Shown piece after piece: positions 48,387-61,599 of a DNA stretch of 64,000 nucleotides. The translations under genes and the position numbers were made by a program. The notes under the pieces are model-generated. The model was not told the origin of the DNA, searched no databases, and worked only from the letters and a program-made list of their open reading frames with translations. Numbering within the stretch: the first letter of the stretch is position 1; each line of letters opens with the position of its first letter. The stretch lies in contig CBFFRP010000406.1 in the NCBI GenBank assembly GCA_965644295.1, positions 186,001-250,000 of the forward strand, given 5' to 3'. This stretch comes from Paraphysomonas bandaiensis. Its lineage: Eukaryota; Protista; Chrysophyceae.

Positions 48387-51300
48387 CTACAATCCCCGCT
48401 CTCGCAACCATGCGTCGATTCTGTATATATAACACTGAGCGCAAAGTAACAGGAAAAAAGTCAATACCTCAATTTCAGGTCAGTCTGTGGGACCAACATA
48501 TCTACAGAGAGTGGCTTCCGGTTGAACGGATCTATATTCAAGCAAATTATGCACGACAATAGTGAATACAGCAGTGTACCTATCTCATCATTTAGTAAGT
48601 GCTGCGTGATAGTAGCTCTATCGAGAGTGCTCGAAGATGTAGGTAAAAAGACAGGATCACGCATGATAGTAGACATTAATGGGTCAAGAAATTCTTCGGG
48701 TGCGTCTTGAATCAAATCATCAATATTCTGACATTAAGTGACATGTTAGTGCTACAAACGCATAGAGCATGGGACAATGCGGCTCAACCTTGAAATTGGC
48801 TCGTGCCCTGACAGCATTTTCAACCAGAGATGCCAGCGATTCAATCTACCAGAGGATTAGGAAAGAGGTAAATTCAAATGATAGCAAACCTGCTGCTCAT
48901 TCAATAGTCCCAGCTTCTTCACAGTGGAAAGAGCTTTCTCTAGAGGGTATCGCCCATCCTTTGTCTGAAATGCATTATACAGTAAACTTTATAAGCCTAT
49001 GTCATAGAGATACGGACCTCAAAGAACCCATCACCGGCAACAGCAGTCCAAAACCTTTCATATGACGAAAAGTGGGTCATCGTAACACATATCTGTGAGT
49101 AACGGGTTTACTAGTAGAATTAACATGGCGAATACGTATCCACCTCCATAAGAATGGCTTTCGGATTGAAGTTATATTTCTCCATGTTATCCACCTATTT
49201 CCGTTAGACCTTTCACTCCTTCACTGGAATAATTACCTTAATTTCCAGTCCTTTCTGTCCAACAAGCTTGCTTATTACATTAAGCATCATGGAAGTAAAT
49301 CTATAGATATATATCAAAACGAATAATATAGCTCTCATAGAATGCAACCTCGGTAGGATTTCATCTAAGAGGAAAGGGAGTCGAATGTGACTATCGGAGG
49401 TTAAATAGTTGAGCATATTTAACTGCGGAAATATGACAACAAATACTGAAAGCAGACGGACACTCACCGTCTCCATACACAAATCTGATTTTCCAGTGAC
49501 TTCTCTCTCGTTTTGGTCATATATTTCCATTACCCGCTTCCTATCCTCCTCACTCATCGACGACCACTCCTGTAATAAATACAATTACGAAATAAGAATC
49601 ACGACAAGTCCCATATTACTTGTGCGTTCTGCATAAGTAGCTGAGTTTGTTTGATCTCCTGAAGCTTCTCAAGTGTGCTACCTATATATAAATATGAATA
49701 CGCCGGTACAAATGTTAGTAAAAACCGCACCTACTAGTGCATTAGTTTCATTGAGTAGGCCGTTCGCAAATTTAATGAAGTTAGTTTTGTCGCCTGCAGT
49801 GTCACCAGTCCCGCTGGCAATGGCTCTACGAATACATGATGTCTCATGGTAAATAAAAATTAAAACATATGCACCTGAACGCAGGACGGTGACTACTGAG
49901 GGTCCATAGATGTCTCAGTACTACCATGATACAGCGCCTATTCATCAATTTTTCGTAAAACCCTTTGCAATTCTGGTTAGTGAAATGAAGCAATATAGCT
50001 TTTTTACCTGTGCGTTCAACGTCTCCATAGAGAAGTAACAGGGCGGGTGCGAGATACTTTTCTGCCACCGGATGGGAGCCTGAAGAAAGAATGTAACCAA
50101 AACATGAAAGCGTATATTGACAACAGTGACCGAGAAGTCGGCATTGTGGGCCATCAGGGATGGAAGGGCCAGGGGGTGTATACCGCTCCTCTCCAACTCT
50201 TTCACTAGTGGGCAAAAACACATAGTATAAAACCTGCCGAGATACTACTTTCAACAACAACTCACATACATATACCATAACTTACCTGTCCCAGCTTAGC
50301 ACGGAGGTGTGGTGATGACACGGCGCTTGGCCGCCTGTGACGCACATCATACCGAGAAAACTACAACATAATACCTACCTGACTAAGTAGATTACAAGAT
50401 CCAGAACAGGATCAAGCGGTTTCAGAGATAGGAGTCTTGGGTCCGTTCTGAAAACTTACCTTTACAATGTACGTACCAGGACACATATATTACGTACTTT
50501 GCAATAAAGAGCAAAAGCTCAGCCAAGTCATCGACGAAATGCTCAGGGGTTCCCATCAGAATTTTCTTCTCACAACTGCTAAAGCGATCAATGGGTACAA
50601 TCCAGTCCTCGCCTATAGAGGCAGCAGGATTGACGGTTGACGAAACATTGAGCTTCTGCAAGAGGGAGCTCGCACAAGCCGAACAGAACATAGCTACATC
50701 GCCTAAACATAACCGCACAAGTAAATTTAGCGCACTTGAAATATTGAAGTACATACTCATAAGGTCAGACGACAAGAGCATGGCATCCATCGTTAGTTTC
50801 ATAACCAAATGCTGCATTGCTTGAGGAGACCCCCGCATAAGATCGCTCTAAATAATTATATCAGAGAACACAGTACGTCTGACCCCATACTTACATGAAG
50901 TCTATTAAGTGCCCTCATGATATGGGGATACTTGACGCATTCCTGCACCACACCTACGTTTTTGTATTAAACGTTAGACATAAGCACAGACTGCCATATA
51001 CCGAGGTGAAGAGCCCGCCAGCAGCTAAAGAAAGACTGGGAGATGAAGTTAAAATCGGTCGTGGTCACTGCTAGTCAAGCGCATTTAGAATATTAAATAG
51101 ACCCGGAAATAGCCATACCAGGAGTTGATACTCCGGCATCTTCATCAGTCGGCAACATGAGTCTCGTACAGTCCTGGGAAAAGAATTTCTCCGCTTGTGA
51201 AGCAAGGCCGGGGCGGGACAGATACTCTGCACCCCAATGAATAAAACCCCAGTCCACCTTTTCCAACTTCACCGGGTCCTCTGTGATTGGTTTGGCTAGG

Positions 51301-53033
51301 CGTAGGAGCACACCACAAAGATTGAGCATGAACCCGGTGGATGAGGCCACAAGTGGAGATGGACGATCCTTTTCAGCCTCACGGTTGAAATACAGAGCCT
51401 GTGTCAACCATTTGAGAGTCATGGCCTTGGGCTGCGCTCCTGCCTTTAACAGAGACATAACCAGATCAGTGGCCTGAACGTATAATACAAAATCGTAATG
51501 AACACGCCACAACCAGTACCACTGCATTTACCTGCTGCTGTACATACGTCATCTTCGTTCGGAGACTCCCTAAAAACACGATCACATTACATATATTTAT
51601 ATACAACGCACGAAGTAACACACTACCTATATTCCCTTCCACAACGGGACGGCTTTGTTTCAGTGTGTCCTTGAAGAGTTCAGTCACCTGAGGATTTCAC
51701 GCATGCAAGGGTTAAACCATCAGCGACTAAGACATCATGTACCTTGGGGTCCCTGATATCTGGAGCAACCCGCAGAACTCTCCCCAGCAAAGTCTGATGC
51801 TCCATGGCCGCACCTACAGTGTTTACGTGAAACCAATAGCAGCACATCTTTATCATATACCGGCCACTCCACCCTTCTCCAATACTTTAGCTCCAAACCT
51901 CATTTGCGCTGACATTCTGATACACATTACACTTTTTGAGTACAACAGGATGGTCACTTACATGTCGGGCGGAGAAGCGAATAAAAGCCGAGGGTCGGCA
52001 AGAAAAACTTGACTGGATGTCACTGCCGCCGCATATCTGCAGAGAAACAAGAATAAGTTAGCAACGCTACACATTGTGTATAATTCATACATACCGTTTA
52101 TCCGCCCTCACAAGTGTTATAAGAGCAGACATAGGCTCCGTAATGTCGTCAAACACAGACCGTACAGTCATTGGGAACGCAGACGTAGGGTCTAACCCCT
52201 CGTAGCACATAACAATCATATTCTTGCTCACCTGTAGATAGCAGCCCTGTCATTTTATTTATATTTATATACAACACCCGACCTCGTCGAACGACCCATG
52301 ATTCGTCATTTCATCTGCGAATTCCCGCATAAGCGTGGTAATGACCACATCGCCACCAGCTTGTCCAAGAATTTTTAGCAGGTCAGACAGTCCAGACTGA
52401 CCGAATATATCAGGCTCATTCACAGCTGACGCCAGAAATGAAACGATCTGCTCCTTGCAGCTACATATGGCACCGTTACAGGAAGACTAGCAAACATGCA
52501 TACACAACCTGCTGAGATCATCCTTGATCTTGTCAGAACATGAAGACTGCTTCTGTACAAGTCGTCGATAGCAAGCTGTAATATAGCCTACACATCCCCC
52601 TAGCCCTATGTTGTTTCCATCCATCATACGCATAATAACAAACTCGGATAAGTTCGAGGGAGTGATCAACTCATCGTCATTGGGTCTCTCAATTCGAAAA
52701 ATTGGATGTGAAACATCCTTTCGTAAACTAATTTGAAATATCTGCTCTAGGACTAGATTTAAGGCTCTTGCGTGTCTGTCAGTTCCTTTCATAGGGCTGC
52801 CTTGAGATGAACTCAATGACACAGGAGAACTATCATCATCAGGACGCTTCTTCTTCACATGGTTCCCTGAAGCCTCTTCAACTCGTGGTGAATTACCTTC
52901 CACAAGACTTGGATTGGCCAGCCTCCGCTGCCTCACCTGATAAGACATAAGACAACTCATGCACACCACTGGACATCCACACCTCCTCATAGTCTGCTCG
53001 AACATCACCGTTTTCTTTTATTGTAGGATTCAT
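48387..53033 (-). CDS. UFD2: Ubiquitin conjugation factor E4 (U-box), many exons
   Basis: EEVRQRRLA, SSTGFMLNL..VLLRL, PEHFVDD, SPHLRAKL, LLYGDVERTG.FYEK, FIKFANGLLNE. U-box DAPEEFLDPLMSTIMRDPVFLPTS...DRATITQHLL..DPFNR. Confidence 0.93.
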
Positions 53034-53159
53034 TTATAAGAAGCAATTGATTGTAAGCTTATAGTATGACGATCCCTGCACAGTGAGATCCTGCCTGCCT
53101 GCCCGTGTGTGTCTCGTATATTTAACTCCTTTCTGGAATTCTGTCGACTGCAAAAATCA

Positions 53160-53345
53160 TAACATCTCGACGTACAGTATCTACAGTACACAGGTACGCA
53201 ACACACTCCTGTCTGTAGGGACGGTGCTGTTGTACAGTGTACAGTACAGCAGCATGGTATACACCCCTATATACCACACTGTACTGTAGGACATATATCG
53301 ACTGCAGTATAAGTGCATGTATTGAGGCCCACTACAGTCCAATAA
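53160..53345. promoter_or_regulatory. Putative bidirectional promoter (UFD2/SDHAF3) with dense TACAG/CTGTA/GTAC/GTATAC words
   Basis: cgtacagtatctacagtacac, tgtacagtgtacagtacagcag and cactgtactgtag lie in the ~400-nt gap between divergent ATGs. Confidence 0.5.
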
Positions 53346-53435
53346 GGTGTCGAGACAGCAGGACTCACTCTTACGAAGGTGGCGATAGCAGCCCAAACAC
53401 ACACAATCTTTATATCGAGAACGTCTTGAGGTACC

Positions 53436-53785
53436 ATGTCTCCTGGAAAGACCCTATTCAGGTATACCTATACGCGTACCACTATCGGATCAACGTAACT
53501 CTTCTTGATGGCAGAAATATTCTACGCGAGCACAGACGGCTGCCCCCGCCCATGCGTGTATTAGGTGATAGATATGTGCGTGAGGAATTTAAACAACACG
53601 CAAATGCCAAGCCAGAGCATCTTTCTCAGTTCATGAATGGATGGAATAATTATTTGTCGCAATTGAAGCAACAACAATCCTCATTTGGGGCAGATATTGA
53701 CCAGACTGTTAGAAGTAAAATGACTCCGGAGCAGGTATCTAAACTTAACAGTCTTAAAAATGAAGCCGATAAGCTTGCAAAATAA
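53436..53785 (+). CDS. SDHAF3: Succinate dehydrogenase assembly factor 3 (ACN9, LYR family), 2 exons
   Basis: MSPGKTLFR|NILREHRRLPPPMRVLGDRYVREEFKQH...FMNGWNNY...EQVSKL. Intron 53462-53514. Confidence 0.88.
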
Positions 53786-54142
53786 TGTAATATATATAAA
53801 ATATCGAAAACGATTATTGCTATCGCAAGAGCCGTTTCTCACCAGTTTTTCGTTTATTTTTAATGCTACCATGCCATGACGCACATATACTAAGACAATA
53901 TTTGAACTAGCATGTACGACCTATAACTGAATGCGGCGGACAAGTTTATCAAATTAATCTACAGCTCGATCCAAGCAAAGTATAATATACAATATAATTA
54001 GCAGTATTCATAGTGTATAGTGTGGAATGTGGAATCAACTTTACTTTTTCTCGAGTCAATATTATGCTTATACTCCGAATAGAGTCAATAAAAATCTATA
54101 CACTTTATTATACAAATCAAAAAGAAAAATACCGAAGTGTCA

Positions 54143-56730
54143 TTATAATTCTCCTACTGTATCTTTGTTATCATTACCCTGTTTCTCAACAATGGCGACT
54201 TGGGATTTCGATTCAGGTGTACCACTTGATTTCGTAAGGTTAAAATACTTTTTTCGGAGATGTCGAATATCAGTGCTGCTTCCAGGTGATAGGGGGGCTG
54301 TCTCAGGTGAATTCGGTGTGGGTATTAGTGCTGTCGTAGGGTCACTACTGTCGAGATTATCCTCATCCTTCTCAGGGGTAGAATCTAAGAAAGAAAGCGA
54401 CGCCGGCGAGGGTGGAATAGGTTCACTTGAGAAAGACGGCGAGGATAATGGATCAGTCAAGTCTCTGTTGCGTTGCGCTCGAGGCGAAACGTACCCCGGT
54501 GGTACCACCAATTGGCTATCGGACACATCTGTCTGCGATGTGATGGACAAGGTGGGGGATCGATGTGAGGACAGTTCGTCCTCATTCTGCAGACTCAACT
54601 CATCTAGAGACATGGTCACATGTTACAATCACTGCAGGCTTATAACAGCACCCATACCTGTCAGGGCGGACACCAATCCAGCACGTATAGCAGAGAGCGA
54701 ATCGCTGATATCTGCTATGCTGTTGCTAAGTGTGTCTATCTGCTGCTGCATTGCTACTAGCCGCTCTATTCTATCCGTAGATCTATTCGCCTGTCTCGAT
54801 CGATGGGACAGACTGTTGCTCCTTGTAATGTGACGCACCGAGGCCCGTGAGTGGTCGGATGAAGCCTTACGTATACTACGTGTTAATTCGGAAATGTCAT
54901 TCCTTGCCTGCTTGATGGCATCCGATATTGCAGCATTTGTAGGGTCTGCACCTACTTTGGTGCTTATTCTCCTGTCTGCCCCGTTACTTGCATACACATT
55001 TTCACGTCTGGTGGAGGGATGAGAGACGGTTGGTTGCGATGCTGCACGTGGGAGAATAGGGTAAGTGGTGCGTGTTGTGTGTGGATTTCGCGCAGCAGCG
55101 TGGTATGAAGTGGCAGTAGCAGCGATCCCCACACTATGCGGCGGTAGGTAGGAACGCAGCAAAATCGTCAGACCTGTATCATCGGCTGATGGTTTTTCCA
55201 TTGGTATCCACCCATCTGGTATGCGTAACCACGTGATTTTCTGTGTGTCACACCCTTCGATAGGCGGAGACAAGGATACGTACTCGCTCACGAACACCAC
55301 CGTGTTCTATACACATGCACACCACCATAGATGTTACATTTACATGAGTATGTGTTACAATATATACCTCGCTAAGACTCCGTACGATAAGCTCTTGCCC
55401 TGTCTTCCCCGGCACCCGCATGACATTCAACCCCCCATTACAACGCGGAAGCACAATGAAAAATCCGGGGATAGATTTTGATAGCAGTCCTCCAGAGAGT
55501 GTGTTTTCATTGATCAAACGTTCTAACCCTTCTTCCCTGTTCTCCGCTGCCGGGTGAGGAAGGAGATCATTAGGAGGAGGGAAATCTTCGCCCTCATCTC
55601 TTCCAACGGGGTCCACTCCTACATCCACTTGTCTCCTTCCTGCTACACCAACGCCACTGCGACGTACATTCATGCTTGTAACTGGTATATCCAACCGACA
55701 CAAAGGGCAAGTTTGCTGGTGTTGTAGCCACATTCGTAGGCAGTCCAGATGAAAAACGTGCTTACAAGGAAGCTTCTTCCCATGGTCCATGCGCTCACGG
55801 CATATCAAGCACTCCTGCGCCTCATTAAGTTCCGCCTCTGTGGCATCCTCCAGCCGCTCCTCTAGCTTATTTGTGAGACGTAGATAGCGAATCAACGAAA
55901 CGAGTCTATGGTAAAATGAAGCGAAGGCCATTCCGACATCCCTGCGCCACATATGAGTATGCAGCAGCAAATAAAACCTATAACACCCACCGTACTATAT
56001 GTAAAGGAAAGCCATAGTACACGAAGAGAATACAAAAAAACACGACGTAAGTACAAAACCTGAGGCCATCACAAGACAAATCAAGAATCATAAAGTATAG
56101 TCCTTTGTACTGGAGTCCATTCTCAGCCCTATTGTCCGCAACATTTACTGCATAGCGGACAAGGTTATTCACAGAGGTCAGAATCAAAACGCCGAATTCA
56201 AAGGCAAATAACACGATCACTGTTTTGCCTACAGAAAAAGAATACATCACGCAGTGATAGCACACAAAGCTATCGAGTCCTATCAAGGCAAAAAGTACGA
56301 ATAGCAGTGATGTGTGTGTTAAAACAGATGCCCTTGCAACTTGCTCAAGATAATCTAGTCTACACCGAGATAACCAATGAAATATTTTAACGAACAGCAG
56401 TAGCATAAAAAAGGCCAAGACGGTAGGAGATAATTCACTTCGAAATATGGTAAGTGCCAGACACGTTTCCGTAATGGAGTACTTGGACCTTTCGTGGATC
56501 ACTTCTAACTCCACATCTCGTAGAGCTCCGAAGACTAGCTTGATAGCAACTTGTCCTAGAAAGAGAGCAACGGCAAAGGCCATATTGGAAAGCAATACAA
56601 GGGACACTTTTGATGATGTCAATAGTAGAAGAATAGGGTAAAACTGCTCCCGTGTGTAGCACGCGTACATAACCATTGAGAGCATTAGTATGCTGCTAAC
56701 GCAAAAATAATGCCAAAACTTGAATGCCAT
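54143..56730 (-). CDS. HRD1: ERAD E3 ubiquitin ligase HRD1/synoviolin-like, multi-exon
   Basis: TREQFYP, FGALRDVELE, ITETCLALTIFR, KIFHWL..RLDYLE, FAFEF, PLHIVR. RING-H2 CLICRE...KKLPCKHVFHLDCLRMWLQHQQTCPLCR. Confidence 0.93.
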
Positions 56731-56819
56731 TCTCTCAAAAGGAAGACCACTTCAACTACAAAACAACTTTGCTTCAAGCTATATCACTCAATCATCATCA
56801 GACATACACTGCAGTAACT

Positions 56820-57030
56820 CTCTCACAGTGCTGTTAAACTAGTGAGACACTCTGCGCTGTACTCACATCACATGCTCCTGTACGTATACCATGGTATACG
56901 GTATACTGCACTGTGCATGGGTCGGTTTTTTTGAGTATGCTGTATGGTGGTATACAGTGCCGGTATACTACCAGTATACAGCAGCATGGGAGGTGTCAGT
57001 GGTGTGTGCATACGAGCAGTGTGTGTGTCT
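56820..57030. promoter_or_regulatory. Putative bidirectional promoter (HRD1/ankyrin-PP2C) with GTATAC palindromes
   Basis: gtataccatggtatac (perfect 16-bp palindrome), ggtatactgcactgtgc, ggtatacagtg, ccagtatacagcag. Confidence 0.5.
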
Positions 57031-57132
57031 GATGTGGAGACGTGGAGACCCACGCTGTCAATGCCTAGTTTTCGAAGTAGAGTTGTGAGTGTCATGGACT
57101 GCACCCACGCAGTATAACGACAGGTGTTCGAC

Positions 57133-60100
57133 ATGTTCACATCGATCTTCAGCAGGTTAGGAGAGTTTGTAGCCCCTCGACCCACACCACAGGAGGAGGT
57201 GGAGGTGAGATCTGCTGCTGCTGCTTATGATGATGATGATAGCGTGTGTGCTGTGACCCTCATATGCTTGTAGGCCCTCATTCGAGCGGGAAAATATAAT
57301 GAAGTACATGATTTAATATCCTCGCCTGGAAGATATAACTATCGCTTTGATGAGCTGCTGCCCTCAGGAGTCAGTGTGTTTCATCTTTCATGTGCTGCTG
57401 GCTCATTGGAGCTGGTAGTTGAGATGATTTCACAGGGAGCCGATGTGTGTAAAGTCTCAACTCCGTCAGAAAATAGTCCTTTGCACTATGCTGCTCTGAA
57501 TGGTCATAAAGGAATAGTTGAAATCCTGATTCGATCAGGAGCTGATCCCAGCATTCCAAACTCGAGCGGTTTGATTCCGGCGGAACTAACAGAGAACACA
57601 CAAATTAAAGCGCTACTGTTGCGCACGAATTGGCTTAGCCAAAGACCTCATGAACTTGTGAATAGTGATAACACCGGAGTTGATGCGAAAGATGGTGTGG
57701 AGACTCATGAAGCCCTCATTCCTGCTGACAAATTAACTGCTGTGCATGGCAAGAAAAATAAAAATGTTAAGATTGAATTTCCTGATGATCACCACAGTGA
57801 ACGAGTAGCCCCAGTATCGTCAAATTCTTTACAACACGACAATATCCGGAGCAAATCGAAACCTAGTCGACGACACTCTCTTCCTGCAAGCTACCCGTCT
57901 GTACAGCTGGTGGAAGGTGGAGCACTTGGGAATTATCGTGTTGTGCATGAGAGACGTCCATCAGTGCCACGAAAAGTGAATACCTCCCCATTGAACGAAG
58001 ATATGACTCGATACGCTTCCCCACATGGATTACCTCTTCCACACACTTCCCCCCGTATTTCACTGGAGACCTCGTCCCCAGTTCAGTCACCGCCACGCAA
58101 TTGCACTGGAGTTGTTGTTCCCTCTCGTTTTCAGTTTCCTCCTTCAGACGGAGTAACATCTTCTCCCCTTCACTTGCCATCAACTCGTGTGAAAAAAGTA
58201 ACTACAGAGCGCTTTCATTCTGAACTTTCTCCACGTCGGAACTCTGGTCTGCATGAGATATGGGCCAGGACCGAAGGCGCTGCAGAGATTGAGGACAGTG
58301 AAAAGAACAACTATAGCCATCTGGTTTATGTGGACGAAACTTCCGATGGGGAGAAGCAGACACCCAGATGCACTCGCAGCTGGAGTGAGTCACGTATAGA
58401 TCAGGCCACCACCGGATCAAACGAGGAGGGATACCTCCTACCAGCCCCCTCTACTTCCCCCTCTTTTCCTCCACCCCTCACATCCCCCTCGCCTGTGGCA
58501 TCCTCAGATACTATGTCCCGATGCCCATCAGACTATGATATCGTGCAGGAACGGAGTGATGTGAAGGATATTAGCTCACCTTCTCGTGATAGCGAAGAAG
58601 GGGAAGCGGGAGGAGCTCCTGTTGTGCCGTTACGAACTCTTACACGTTCCTGCCCAACAGCTGGCAGAGAGCTTCCGTTGTTGGTGGATGCGAGCGTACA
58701 GACAAGTATTGAGGACAATTTTAGTTTACCGATGGCACAGCGTAGCGAGATTTCGTTCCCGAGCTCATCGGTATGTGATCGAGTCCTGCGAGCTGCAAAG
58801 GAAACTGCAGAATCGTTTCAAGCTACTGACATGTGCAACAAGCGGAGGAATTTATTCAAGATATGCCAACAGGTGAGACGCACTGTGACTTTTTTTTAAT
58901 TTTACAGTTTTTCAAGCTTAACAGCAACAAGCTAGTTGAAGAACTGAAATCCATTCTAGCTGCAGAGCCCGAATTGGCTGTGTGTCGTGCATGTGAATTA
59001 GGAAATTACTGTGTAGACGGAGCAACCCCTCTACACGCCGCTGCGCGTTGGGGAAATGTGGATGTAATTAAAGTTCTTTTGGGTTTACGAGATAGCTCTG
59101 GCAATCGCTTGGTGGATGTTTGGTCGTGTGATCTGCAAGGGAGAGTTCCGCTTCATTTAGCTGCTCAGGTGTGTGTGTTAGGTTGTGTACGAGTTTATTT
59201 GACTGTATTCTAGTATTCTCAGCAGAACGCTTGCGAAGTGTTGATGAATGCTATGACTGACAAAGATTGCAGTGAGACTGTATTGAACACAACTATTCAA
59301 GACAAGATAACGGGAACTCCCCCACGGAGTGTGGTAGGTACGTTTGCTCCAGTGGACCTCACTGGAACCACTCCCCTGGGATGGGCATCCAAGAAAGGCC
59401 GTCCAGCGCGCTGTATCGAGAAGTTATTGTTTCAGCCAGGCGATAATAGCATACTTCCGAAGTCTCCATTTATACATAGGTCTGGTAAAACACCGATGCG
59501 AAAGAAATTAAAACTTTCTAAGACACCTGAGTCTGAATTTCCTGATAATATGGATATGCTAGTTTACGCACATGGTGAAGCGGGTGGGTGGCGCGCCTCC
59601 ATGGAAGATAAAATAGTAGCGGAGTGTCCATTGACAGTAAATAGTATGCAGAGAAACGATAGTTTCAGCGATTCGTGGTCACTATTCGGTGTATTTGATG
59701 GTCATGGTGGGCAGTTTACTTCGAATTTTGTTTCGCAAAACCTTCCCTCTATTGTCAAAAATGAATTGAAAGTCCTGTCTACCGCTCCTTGTGATTCTCA
59801 TTTCAAGAGCAAACTAAAGGCTGCTTTAACCAATGCGTGTATCCGGGTCGATGAATTACTTAGTGAGGAAGAGAGAATGAGAGTGACAATGCGCGTGAAA
59901 AATCCAAGGCAAGATGGAAGAAAAAAAGAAATTACTGCCCAGAGTGGAGTGAAAGTAGAACTTTTTACCCGTGACTGTAGTGGATCAACGGCGTGCGTGT
60001 GTTTAATTAACCGGGATGTGCTTGCCGTTGCCAATATTGGAGATTCGCGAGCAGTCCTCGCAATGATAGATGCTAGTGGTAATATTAAATCTGAGCAAAT

Positions 60101-60973
60101 GTCACGTGATCACAAGCTGTCTATTGATACGGAGAAACTCCGAGCTCATGAAGCGGGTTGCAGGTGCCTACCTGTATTATTGTTTGTCACTCGTGATCAC
60201 AATTGTTGCAGCGTATCTGAGGTTGATAACACGGTGTTCGAAGTTACTACACCATTGCACAGTAATCGCCTTCGATTGTCAAGATCTCTGGGAGACTTCT
60301 ATATGAAATGGAAACTTCACGAGGGTGTCGTGGACAGTTGCGATGCGAAAGTGGGCAGCTATAGTACTCGTGTGATAACAGGTGATATACCGGATGGGGT
60401 TGAGCGCGTGTACTGCTACCTTCCCGACCCTCTAAAGCAAGCTGTAAGCTGTCAACCAGACGTTATAACCCAAGACAGAGATATATCAAGGTATTAGTAT
60501 TTGCATCTGCCCGTGTTCATTTAATATATTTATCTAGCGATTTGTTTATGACTATCGCATGTGATGGTGTTTGGGACGTGATGACCAACAGTGATGTTGT
60601 CGAGTTTGTTCACACCCATCTGAAGAAAGAACGAACAAATTGTCATGGGGTACATGCCAGTTTGGAGAAAATTGCTTCAAGTGTGTGCGATGCGCTACTA
60701 CGTGAGTGCTTAGATCGAGGTAGCTCAGACAACATGTCTGTGCTGTTAGTTCTTTTCCCAGCTATGGTGGCTAGGATGAATGACGTGAATTTAAAGCCTA
60801 TTTCAACTGTTTCAAATGGACAAGATACTGATTCACCTCAATATGCTACCACCTCTGCTATAGTTCATGAAGTGCTCCATCAATCTGCTGACGACTCATT
60901 ACGTGAAGATAATGTCAATTCATCTACAGTGTATTCTGAGCTTTCACCTATCAAAGGAACCCAATTGTTTTAG
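57133..60973 (+). CDS. Ankyrin-repeat + PP2C (PPM) protein phosphatase, multi-exon
   Basis: Ankyrin SPLHYAALNGH, TPLHAAARWG, VPLHLAA. PPM motifs GWRASMED, FGVFDGHGG, SGSTA, ANIGDSRA, DHK, SRSLGD, IACDGVWD, GSSDNMS. Confidence 0.88.
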
Positions 60974-61348
60974 TGCATTTCGTTGTGGATTTAGTTTTGT
61001 TGAAGTGTTGACCATGTGTGTTGTGTCCAACAGTTTAATTTAATGTCTTTCCCTAGATATTTTGCCAGAAGTAGCTTGTCGCACTGTCAATATTTTTTTC
61101 CGCAGGCTAGTGGGTTTTGATTTGATTATGGCAAGTACAAATAATTCTATCTACAGATGTGTTTACTTACTGATTAATGATACTAATATATATTGCAATA
61201 TATTTCAATACTATTGTTGGACCGTTTTAAAAGCTCCATCAATACAATTGATGGAACGCTATCTCACAATAGCATTGTAATATATTTTTCCCTTTCCCTG
61301 CTATTTAGGGATACGAAAGATGTTTGTGCGTCACCGCAAGCACCGACG

Positions 61349-61590
61349 TGCAACCACGTTCGCTCTTGTCACTCAAAGCAAATGCAGTGAGCAAGAAGAA
61401 TACCTGACAACTGATGACTCCAGGATTTTTGGAGTCCATAAGGTGAACAGGCCGGATGCTGGACTTCAGCAGGCAGCCAATACTCCCCGGATTCCCTTGA
61501 GGTCCCTTAACAAAGTCGGACTCGGACTCGCACCTTTTCGTTGTGTTCTGGGGGATAAGTACCGGAGATATTTTGCCGGAAACTAACGAT
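61349..61590. repeat. Dispersed repeat family A, copy with internal inversion
   Basis: 61349-61505 matches 35793-35960 in direct orientation. 61505-61590 matches 36185-36272 in reverse complement. Confidence 0.72.
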
Positions 61591-61599
61591 GTTGTGATG

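Noticed and set aside
54027-54833. 268-aa plus-strand ORF
   Set aside because: Antisense to the Ser/Pro-rich HRD1 3' exons, with no recognisable motifs.
48387-56730. Functional ERAD cluster (UFD2 next to HRD1, ZNF598 in the same window)
   Set aside because: Ubiquitin ligases are numerous. Without conserved synteny, adjacency is not evidence of a cluster.
61409-61445. Hammerhead ribozyme (CTGATGA followed by a hairpin)
   Set aside because: The required GAAA after stem II is absent.
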